A stretch of 64,000 nt of DNA from Octopus vulgaris (Eukaryota), in the NCBI GenBank assembly GCA_951406725.2, contig OX597817.1, positions 32,860,001 to 32,924,000 on the forward strand, given 5' to 3'. A model generated the notes under the pieces. That model was not told the origin of the DNA, ran no database searches, and worked only from the letters and a program-made list of their open reading frames with translations. Below are positions 53,028 to 64,000 of the stretch, piece after piece. How positions within the stretch are numbered: position 1 is the stretch's first letter; the number at the start of each line of letters is the position of its first letter. A program made the position numbers and the translations under genes.

Positions 53028-53062
53028 CTCAAGGCTATTAAGGATTACTATTAGCTAGTGCT

Positions 53063-53104
<42 letters not shown>

Positions 53105-55228
53105 TCTCCCTCCCCGTCTCATTAAAGAAAATGTCTTATTAATATTTAGCCACCATCTTAAAAAGCTCACATTAAATAATATACTCCTTGATTCCCTACA
53201 CATAGGAAATTGATAGGGATGTCATGGCTGGAGTACTTTTGATCATAGGTGAACTTTATGACGATTAAGATGGAGTTAAGCAATAACAGCTTGCTTCTCA
53301 ACCATGTGGTCTTGGGTTCAGGGGCTTGAGTAGAATATATTTGCCACTGTGTGGTACCTTGGGCAAGTATCTTCTACTCTAGCCCCAGGCCAACCAAAGC
53401 TTTGTTAGTGGATTTAGTAGATAGAAACTGAAATAAGCTCATCTCGTACATGCGTGTGTGTGTGTGTGCTCTCTGTGGACTGATGGAATGCATCAGGCTG
53501 TAGGTAGTCTACCTTTGCAAATTCCGTCTGATCCATGCAAACTTGAAGAAGTGGATATTTGATGTTATATTAACAATTGTAAACATTTATACACAGGCTG
53601 CCTTTAATTGTCATATATAAAATTTCATCCTCTGATCATAAAATGCCATCATCATCATCAGTTAATGTCCGTTTTCCATGCTAGCATGGGTTGGACGGAT
53701 CGACCAGGGTTTGGAAACCATGGAGACTGCACCAGGCTCAGGTCTGATTTGGCAGTGTTTCTACAGCTGGATGCCCTTCCTAACGCTAACCACTCCGTGG
53801 GTGTAGTAGAAAATGTGTATTAGTTTAATTCTTTCTTCATATCTGTTTTTCTTTTTTTACCTTGTATTTTATGAGAACTTTCTTCAATTAAAATTGTTTT
53901 TATGAGTATTAATTGTTTTTATGAGTATTTTATGAGTATTTCAGCGGTGGTGCCCCAGCATGGCCGCGGCTTTCGGGCTAAAACATTTTAAAGGATTTTT
54001 AAGGATTAATTCAAACTATATATATTCAATCAAGTCTGTTTATCAAGATTGTGAACTATGCTCTTTGGCAATGGCATTCTGTATATGAGTACATTATGTA
54101 CTCCCTCCATACAACTGCTACTTTTTTGCTCATCTACATGAATAATGAACAGGTATACAGATAGTGTCTTCATGAAAAAACTACTTTAATTCTGAACATG
54201 TGCTGCCACTTATCTCAAAATAAACTTGACTTTTCCTAAGAGCCTATTTTAATCTGTTTACAAAAGAAGGAATTCAGGGCCTTCGCACATGGTTCATGTC
54301 AACTGGGAATGCTTTTTCTGAAGAAAACTTGCCAAACATTGTTTTAAGCTTTTTAATTATTTTTTTTGTATTTTCAAATTATTTTTTATATTTATTTTTC
54401 TTTTCCATTACACCTGATCTATATATCCCAGTAGATAAACCTGCCTGCTACAGCTTATAAAACCTAGGCTTCCATTACATTAAGGGTCTTATGGCATTGT
54501 ATTTATCACTGCTGTATCACTCCCCCACAGTCTTCTTGCTTGGAAAATAGTCATAGATTCAGGCAGATGTTTATCAGTTATGTATCCTGTTGTGGGTGGG
54601 TTTGTTAGGTTGCTGGCAGCATAAATGGATTTGTTTCCGTCAGAGGCTGGTTTCCTCTTTGAAGTTCCTCTAAAATCTCTGATCTCTACTCGTTCAGCTT
54701 TTATGAGATTCAATGAACTGAACGTTATATATCATATCCTATTATTGGTTTATTTTCATTATTGACACTGCTATTTTTTTTAAAGAAAAATTGTTTATAT
54801 TCCGTACCATCTGCATCACAAGTTTTCATTACCCTTTTCTTGTACATTTGCTTATAATAGGTACATTACATCCTACTTAGACATTTAGCAAGTAATATAC
54901 CTGTTTAAGTTAAAGATCACTGCAGAGCTTAACAGTACTGAAAGTATATAAGAAATCCATATACCTTTCTTTGCTTCCACCACATCATTTGGATTAGATG
55001 GAATTATAGAGATACGTCTCTGTGATGTTTTTTTAGTAATTTCCTTTCCACACTCAAGGTGTCTCAGGTTAGTTTTATATTTCCTTTGACTTATCTCTAT
55101 TTGGGTTACTGATCACCTTCAGCTCGCAATAATACAAGTTTAAAAAATTTTCTGCTGTTGCACCTGAATGAAAAGGTACATCATCTTATCACTTAAATTT
55201 CCTGTTTGGATACGTTTAATGATTGATT

Positions 55229-55267
<39 letters not shown>

Positions 55268-55282
55268 GCACACACACACACA

Positions 55283-55411
55283 TATAAAGAAAGAGGAGGT
55301 AGTCAGGATTTGGCTAAAAACTATTCAGTCATAATGACTCCCTAAAAGGGATGAAAGTGCTAAATAAATAGTTTTTATCTAAATCCTGACTACCTCCTTT
55401 TTCTTAATATA
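55283..55411. repeat. Inverted repeat (about 43-bp arms) between (TA)/(CA) microsatellites
   Basis: Left arm TATAAAGAAAGAGGAGGTAGTCAGGATTTGGCTAAAAACTATT; reverse complement of right arm TATTAAGAAAAAGGAGGTAGTCAGGATTTAGATAAAAACTATT. Confidence 0.93.
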
Positions 55412-55431
55412 TAAAATCTGTCATCACTTCA

Positions 55432-55485
<54 letters not shown>

Positions 55486-57126
55486 TAACCCATGATGGTA
55501 TGGAATATAGATGATAATTAAGGCCATTAACATGGAAAAGTGGGCATTAAAATGATGATAATAATATATAAGAAAATGTTTCAGGAATTTATGTAATATC
55601 ACTTTTCATATTGAACATGCTTTAAAATACCTATATCACCATTATAATTATAATTAAATATAGACATTGAAGATAATATCTATATGATATTTATCTAATT
55701 TAAAAATTTTTTTATTAGGTTAATGTTCTCAGTCATTGGACTGCAGTCGTTGTTGGGCACTGTTTCCGAGAGTTTTTAATTGGGAACAGAAAAATATTTA
55801 GTATCTTACGAGTGATTATTTGTGATAAAGCTGCATATTCTGCTTTTAAATTTTCCTATATAACTGTACTTTTTGGGACATTGTCTTCAATGAAAAGAGC
55901 AGAGAAGAAGGAAAAAGACAAGTATTACTATTGATCATTAATGTTAACCAATTCCAGTCACTTTGTCTTTTGGACCATTTTTCTCTGTGTGCCTTCATTG
56001 CACAACTTGGCATTTATGAATGTTAAAATCATCTAGTTTTTTTCCCTTTCAAGTATTAAATCTTTAAAATGTATTTAATTTATTGTTATTCTTTAATTTT
56101 TGCTCATCGTAGCATAAAAATGAGATTAATTATTTTCTGGGATTTGAACATTTTATACCGAATGATCCCTTAATTGAAGATACAAGAAAAAAAATATTCC
56201 TTCCTGACTATGAAATAATCTACTTTGTTAAAGACTCCTTGTATTGCTGGGATTTAGCATGCGCAAATAATTTGGTTATATATTTATGTGATCATTAAGC
56301 ACACAGAAAATCAATACTAGCATGTTGTACACTTCTAGCTTGAGCGTTCTTGGAATTTAGCAAATTCTCATTTCATCCACATAACTGTGTTGCATATTAC
56401 GCAATTATTAGATGATTAGAACGGTAGCTTGCTTTAATCTATTTAAATTGCAAGGCAGAATAACTGGGATGAGATAAAGATGACTAAGGTTAAGATGCCA
56501 AGTTATTGGCCGTAATGTCATAAACCTAAATCATTCTACTGTTACTGTATTATGAGTCTCTTTGGGACTCACTGTTTTCTCAAATTTTCAAGTTAAATAA
56601 GAATATCCAAGTGTAAAACTACTTTACAAGAATTCATCTCAAATATCACACTAGTGGCGGTGTTTGTTTCTAAATTTTTGGTGAAAATCTGTTTGAAAGC
56701 AAGGGAAATATTTACCTTGCTTGGAAACAGGTGTAATGTTGGTGACAAGAAAGGCATCTGTCCATAGAAACCTGTGCCAACAAATTTCATCTGACCCATG
56801 TAAGCATAGAAAAGTAGATGTTGAAATGGTTTTGATGATGTAGATTACTGAAAAAATTTCTAGTTTTTTACTAATTCTAACATTGCTCTTAATTATTTCA
56901 AGTGATTGTCAATCTGTAATCAAGGATTTTAATTCTTGCTACCTCATATCGTTATATTTGTTGATTCCATTGTGTTATATTATAGCCTGTTTGTTGCTGA
57001 AACATCTATAGTTTCAGGAACATATTTAATGTATTACTCTCATATATGCCTGAAAAATGCTATCTATGCACCCCCCACTAGTTTATATAGTTATGTGTGT
57101 GTATGTATATAAATATGCATATAACC

Positions 57127-57171
<45 letters not shown>

Positions 57172-57243
57172 TATAGGATAAAATTTTTTTCAGAAAAATT
57201 GTTTTCTCAAAAGTGGCAGCATATTAAAATACCTTTAAAGGTT

Positions 57244-57365
57244 AAAATTATAAACAAGGGCAAAAGAAAAATTATTTCTATGCCAATATGCTGAGAACAG
57301 ACGATTTAAAGTCTGTTCTCAGCATATAGGCATAGAAATAATTTTTCTTTTGACCTTGTTTATAA

Positions 57366-57370
<5 letters not shown>
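57244..57370. repeat. Near-perfect palindrome (about 59-bp arms, 8-nt loop) between (TA)n tracts
   Basis: AAAATTATAAACAAGGGCAAAAGAAAAATTATTTCTATGCCAATATGCTGAGAACAGAC, loop GATTTAAA, then the reverse complement with 2 mismatches and 1 indel. Confidence 0.96.
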
Positions 57371-57430
<60 letters not shown>

Positions 57431-59895
57431 CAACATACAGCTTTATGCTTGGATCCTTTTCTGACATCATCAAAATCTCCTTAATTTTAAATGATATAAA
57501 AAATTATTTCAAAATAATAAAGGTTAAACTAGTGAGAAGAGAAAAAGCGTATGGACATCATGCAAATGATACTGGAAGACCTAAATTTCAGATCAGTTTC
57601 TTTCATGCTGTCCTTTTCCTATTTTCTCTGTGTGTATTTATTTATATGATATGACATAAGTGTAATTTGTTTCCTTCAATGTTGTCAAACCATCTCTATT
57701 AAATGTTTTAACTTGAAGGAAAGTTAGTCTAAGATAAGGGAATGTGGGGCAGATAATTTGTGATCAATGGAAATGTTTTTGGGTAAATGTCACTTAAGCA
57801 GTGAAGTAGTTTACAGATGAAAGATAGACCAAGGCCAACTGCAGACAAACTAAAAACACTTCTGTCATTTGATATTTTCGTGAAGGCAGGGAAGGGGACA
57901 CTTTTCAAGTAATACTTAGGGTAATACGCTTCAGATAGTTCCATAACAACCCATCAAACTCTTTCAGCGAAAGTGGGGCTCTATGGGTTCTATGTAAATA
58001 TTATGCCTTGTGCGAGCTCAATTATTTATAATACAGTTTATACATTTATTTATATGTACCATCATCACTCTCATTTGTATGTCTTCATGCTTGGATGAAT
58101 TATATTTACTCAATCACTTCTATCAGACATTGTTTGCATCTCTGTCAATTCCAGCTATCTCACACTGACTAAATCTCTTATTTGCCCTCCCTCCCAATTA
58201 AACTTCACAATACTTCTCAACTCTTCATTTTTACCATGTGTCTCCTTTATTTCAGATTTTTCCTTTGCAATATACAAGCATTTTTTACAAGTTTTTTTTC
58301 TTCTTGCTATGTACTGAATTCCATCTCCTAAACTTGGGCTGTATTTCAGTATGTATTAAGCTTGTAAACTTTCTAAATGTTTTTAAGCTGATAATCCTTG
58401 TTTATTTTTTTTTTTTTCTCAATTAAACCAGCATGAAAGATCTACTGCTTTGCAAATACATATGCATTCGTGTGCACCTGTGTGTGAGAGAAAGAGATAG
58501 AAAGATTTGTGATAACAATTTGACTTGTTCATACGGGAATTTAGCTTATTCATATGGGAATGTACTACAAAAGAATCTAAATTAATACTACTTTATTGGA
58601 CAAAGCATAATTTGTAACGGTTTCAGCACACGTGCACATACACAGACACACACATGCAAGCACACAGACACACACACGTCTGTCTGTTTATCATATTGTT
58701 CATTTATTTTAAGTCTCATGATTATCTTTTCAGATATCGTTATAGTTTATGAGTGTAATTTTATATTGGTGTACTGAAGCCTGGTGCAATAAATAGGATG
58801 ATCCAAAGTTCAGTTTATAAAAGATTAATATAAAAAAAAATTACACTTGAGAGAAGAAATATATTTGCTCAAAAAGATAAATTCTATAACTTCAAGTTAA
58901 TGGCCAATTATTATGGCACTTGACATTACTTGAGTCACATCCAGGAAATTACATTTCCTTCCCAAAATTCATACCTACTTAAGTTTCTATCAATTTTTAA
59001 CCTCCCTTCAATTTTTATGAAAATTCTCTGTTATGGCTAAACCCATAAATTTCTTTACAAATCTCCCTTAATTATGTTCTGCACACGCGTGCACATGTTT
59101 GTGTGTGTGTTATGGAAATATCTTTAAATACTAAATATGTGTGTTATGAAAATATCTTTCAATACTAAATTTGGTGGCAAATATGGTAGTGCGGTGAAAA
59201 ACCTTACTTCGTGATTATAAGGTCCAGTGGGGTGACTACCACTGTGGCATTTTAAGGAAATGTTTTGATGAAAGTCTTGTATGTGAAATTTAGTTGAAGG
59301 AAACCGTGTGTTTGTGTGAGTTTTGTTTGATCTACCTTATGTGGTTGATAAAATAAGTACTAGACAAAGTACTAAGGTCAATATAGTTGACTAAAACTCC
59401 TAAAGGTATGCCCAGTATGACTAGAGTTGAATGACTGAACCCTGTAAAAGAATTAGAGGAATAAAAAAAAAAAAGGGTTTTCTGTATTGTTTACAATTTC
59501 TCTTTTATCTTTCTTTTTTTTTACTGCCACAGGAAACACTTATACATAAGAGCCAAATCTGGTCTAAAATGGAGCATTCTCACGCATTTGGCCAAGTTCT
59601 CCCAAACATATACTTGATAGAGTGTAGAATTGAAAACATAGTTCAGTTAATAATGAGGTCTTTATTTGGCTCTTAACCACCCTATCATAAAAATGTTGCA
59701 ACTCCGCTTTTTTTTTTTTTTTTAAATAGTGTTCTGTAGATGAGGTTCATTTCCTGATTTTATCAGTTTGGGAATTTACTGTTAGAACTTGGTTTGCCAA
59801 ATTTGGTAAATGACAGCTGTGCTTCTTGGATATTTCACAGACATGCTGTAAGTTCCAATGGGGGCAAATATAAATACCACAAGGTATTTTCAATG

Positions 59896-60127
59896 AAGGC
59901 GACGAGCTGGCAGAAACGTTAGCACGCCGGGCGAAATGCGTAGCCGTATTTCGTCTGTCGTTACGCTGTGAGTTCAAATTCCGCCGAGGTTGACTTTGCC
60001 TTTCATCCTTTCGGGGTCGATAAATTAAGTACCAGTTACGCACTGGGGTCGATGGAATCGACTTAATACCTATGTCTGTCCTTGTTTGTCCCATCTATGT
60101 TTAGCCCCTTGTGGGTAATAAAGAAAT
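59896..60127 (+). mobile_element. SINE family B, young full-length copy with 14-bp TSD
   Basis: AAGGCGACGAGCTGGCAGAAACGTTAGCACGCCGGGCG...AAAGAAAT flanked by AGGTATTTTCAATG at 59882-59895 and 60128-60141. Confidence 0.95.
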
Positions 60128-60754
60128 AGGTATTTTCAATGCACTGATTCTAACATGTCCTGCTGTTAATCTCTCACGTACACATGCTTGCATGCACACA
60201 TGTGCACAGTATTTCTGTCAACCAAATTTTACTCAAAGTTTTAGTCAAGCCAAATCTATGGTGAAAGACACTTGCTTGAGTTGCTGTGCAGCAGGATAAA
60301 ACTCAAAGCTACATCAGTGTCATGTAAACTTCACCGCTACATTTGCACCTTTAGTGTAAGTAATAATTCTTTCTGTGTAACTATTTACTATGTGAGAAAA
60401 ATCACAGATGGAATAAAGACAAAATATATAAGCTACATCTAAATTAGTTGTGGAAGTATTTTGGTTTCCGTTCTGTTGGGTGTTTTCCTTCTATAATTTG
60501 TATAAAACAATTCATAAAAGAATTTCCGGCTGTAGGATAGTATCCCAGATATTGACATTTATTTAAGTGTTATCATTTTTATATTTAAGGTAATGACACC
60601 ATTAGAAATATGTGATACAATATGTTCATCTTGTAACACTGCTCTATGCAAACACAAAAAGTGAGAGAGAAAGAGTCAGTATAACTTATGGGACCTGGTT
60701 GATTGAATCCTCAGTGATTTTCAAATCAAATCTTTTCTATGGTTTTATTGGACA

Positions 60755-61110
60755 TGTGGCCATGCTGGGGCAAAGAATTATTTTTAAACCTGGTACTTAT
60801 TCTATCAGCTCTATTGCTGAACCACTAAGTTACAGAGGTGTAACAAAAAAAAAACAACAACATTGGTTGTTAAGTAGTGGTGGTTGATAAACACAAAGAC
60901 ACACACACATGCATGCACATACACACACATGCATGCATGCATGCAGCTTCTTTCAGTTACTATCCATCAGATTCACCCAGAAAGTTTGGTCATCCTGGGG
61001 TTTATAGCAGAAGATATTTGCCCAAGATGCTATGCAGTGGGACTGAACCTGGAACTATTTGTCGCCTGGCTGTGTGGTATGAAGTAAGTTTTTTTACCAC
61101 ACACAACCAG
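60755..61110 (-). mobile_element. SINE family A, old copy
   Basis: GGCCATGCTGGGG...CTGGTACTTATTCTATC...GCAGTGGGACTGAACCTGGAAC. Confidence 0.78.
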
Positions 61111-63689
61111 GCTGCAATTTTTATCTTTTTTACTATATGGTAATCCATTTAGGGGATCTTTTTTCTTCACTTAACATATGACATGTAAGTAATCTTTCTG
61201 AATTTTTCATTGCACACATTAACCACTCTGTACCCATTATTCTCATGGGTGTTTTACAATTGGCAGCAAAAATTTTATTTATATTATGCACCAAATAGAA
61301 TTTGAGAGAAATCTATATATATATATTGTGTGAGTGTGGGAATATTGCTCGTTAAAAATAAATTCCCGGAGTCGTAATTAAAAACAGTCTCTATTTTTGG
61401 CAGAGTTATGGTTATTTCTAGACTAAGTTGCTTTATGGTTTCATTAACATATCATATTGAATTAAGATTTAGAGTCTTCTAGAATTTCAGCTGTAGGTAA
61501 TATAACAGTGAATGAGTTAAAGCTGAAATCATTGATTAATCAAACAGTTTTGGTTATTTCTTTCAAGCTATTGCCTTATAACTGGAATTAGCTCTAAAAA
61601 TAGACCATCAATTGTTATATATCTCTGGGTCAATCTTCAACATCCTTTTCTCATTAGTTGCAATTGTGTTTTTTTGTCTCTTTTTATCTTGATTTATTTT
61701 TCATTTATTGAATTTAAAAAAAAAAAAAATGAGTATTATTTTTGAAAATAATCAGACCTACTTTTGTTGTAAAAAATTGGGTTTCTACTTTATGTTCTTA
61801 GTTTTGATATTTCTAATAACTTTATCATTTGCTTCCGATAGTTACTATAAAATTACTATATTTCTTTGGAATTAAACGGAATAGTATTTGCTTCATATTC
61901 TTATTTTTTCTAATAATTTGAATGTCAAGTTAATATATTTTACTTAAAATAGAAGAGATGGCAAGAACTGATTTGTACACATTTGATTCATCTTAACAAA
62001 AAGACCAACAGGGAACTGTTGATCTTTTTCTTTAGGAAAACAAATTTAATATAAAACAGAGATGAAGTAATGTGATACTTAATGGAATAATATATCTAAC
62101 TTTTTGCAATTGTCATGGGAAAAAAATGTCAACTATGATTTTTTTCATCAGGTATAAAGCAATAGGGAAGTGCTACTGTGTTTCTTGCCTTGGTGAGCAA
62201 CATAACATCTGCAGTGGCATACAAACAACCAATTTAGGAGTTACAAATCCAGCATCTCATCTTCACATTGTCAATATTGATCGTATTCTGGGAATCATTT
62301 TCATTCTTATTTCAAATATAAAGATACAATGTAAATAGAATTTTTGCTGATGCAGAGCAAAATTAAGAAATATTTAATTACAGAAGAACCAGTGACTATC
62401 TTTTAATACAATACTATTTTGGCTGCCAATTATATAATATTGTTATAAAATAGATATGATAATATACATTTACTAGAAATTTGAGAATGATATGTCTATT
62501 TGCTCTATCAGTCAAAGTTTATGAGGATAATGTAATTCATTTCAACATAAACTTGAAAATGTCTTCATTTGTTGTAAGTAAAGTATAAAAGACATGTTAA
62601 AAGTTCATTTAATTTTGTTCCTATTTCTTTTTGTTCTATTTTCAATGAGTCTAATTTATATTTGCATCAATGAAGCCTTTTGATATATCTTCTATATGGA
62701 TTATATCTTTCCTAAGTTGATTCTTTGGTTTTGTTCTACAACTTGGTTTTGTATTATCTAACAATCTCCATCTATATTTATTTATACTTTTTAATGATTT
62801 GTGTTATCTATCTTGTTCATGAGTCAATTAGAGGAGACATTTAGCCTTTTTGAACATTGCTAGAAAATCATTTTTGTCATATGATAGCAAACGATTTTAT
62901 TTTTTTTTGCTCTTTCATTTAATTAGGTGGTTTTATGAAATTAAAAATCTATAACATTTATCCATGACTACTTGGCTTCATTTTTTAGAATACTTACAAT
63001 TAATTTCTTTTATGTAGGAGCTTCCAACTATGCACAATTTCTGAGACCCAGTAACATGTCTTCGCAAGAAAAGACATAGTTATTTTAAAAAAACATTTGA
63101 TTTCTTTCATATTTCAAGAACACTACTCTTTGCCATTAGTGGATTGCTTATGATATTTTGCTGCAATATATTTAACTCTCAAATTGCTACTTAATGAGAC
63201 TGTACTTTATAATGTTACTTTTCCCATTTCATTTAGTCCATTATGGTAATACTGCATAAATGTTTTGAACTTTGAAGCAGCAGACTAACTTGGAGTGTGT
63301 AGACTGCTAAACTTTTGAACTCCAAAATCAAAGAGTATCTGTGATGACCTAATCATTTATTAATTAGAAGTTAATAAAGTAAATAACAACATTATATTAC
63401 ATTAGAAATATGAAAGATTAAAAGTGACACCATATTCTCAGTAACATTTTTCACATCTGCGGGTTGTAGCTTCACTATTTGTGAAAAAGCCCTTGTTTAC
63501 TGTGTCAGTAGAGTTATTTGTTTTATTTTAATTCGCTGTTCTCTCATAAGGAAAGAGAGCCTGCAAATATATATCAAAGAGAATTGGCTGAAGTTACAAA
63601 GTGACTGAAGACCAGAGACTTTCATGCATTGATACTTGATAAGTGCCAATACAAATGAGAGTCTAGATACCAATAAGTACCCTAGAATG

Positions 63690-63875
63690 TCAAAATAAAT
63701 TCTTGGTGATATTTGTTCTACTTCTTTATGTTCTAAGTTCAAATCTTGCTGAGGTCATCTTTGCCTTTCATCTTTTTTGGTGCCATTAAAATAAAGTACC
63801 AGTCAAGTACTGAGGTTAATGGTAGTGAAATACCCTTCCCCTCAAAATTATTGGCCTTGTACCTAAATCAGAAAC

Positions 63876-63917
<42 letters not shown>

Positions 63918-64000
63918 GGACAAAATGCCTTGTGGTATTTAATCCAGGTTTTTATGCTCTAAGTACAAACCCCACCAAAGACAATTTTGCCTTGCATCCC
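63690..64000 (+). mobile_element. Two tandem old family B' SINEs separated by an (ATT)n tail
   Basis: AGTTCAAATCTTGCTGAGGTCATCTTTGCCTTTCATC...GGCCTTGTACC..(ATT)n, then GGACAAAATGCCTTGTGGTATTT...TTTGCCTTGCATCCC. Confidence 0.8.

Noticed and set aside
54489-54713. 74-aa minus-strand ORF in unique sequence
   Set aside because: Non-ATG start, no known motif and no convincing splice sites.

Overview
AT-rich, repeat-dense metazoan nuclear DNA, very likely an octopus (cephalopod). This rests on a degraded cox1 insert with an octopus-like peptide (SSNLAHMG.S.DL.IFSLH.AG) and on SINE, LINE and microsatellite content I recognise from Octopus genomes. No multi-exon protein-coding gene can be supported, so the window looks intronic or intergenic, with one weak candidate start exon near 28.8 kb. 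Almost all ORFs in the track are artefacts of microsatellites or SINEs. Supported content: several tRNA-derived SINE families in dozens of copies, RTE, CR1-like, R4/Dong-like and Tx1/L1-like LINE fragments, several MITEs, minisatellites and a cox1 NUMT. Most interesting observations: (1) two (TA)n-embedded palindromes centred on degenerate hammerhead-like cores; (2) an RTE ORF collapsed into about 550 bp of colinear motif islands; (3) a SINE subfamily that inserts at GGTAT sites, including into its own family; (4) an inverted duplication enclosing a captured LINE fragment; (5) a SINE whose 32-bp core is amplified nine times; (6) pre-miRNA-like hairpins. Family labels A-F are my own working names and all coordinates were read by eye.
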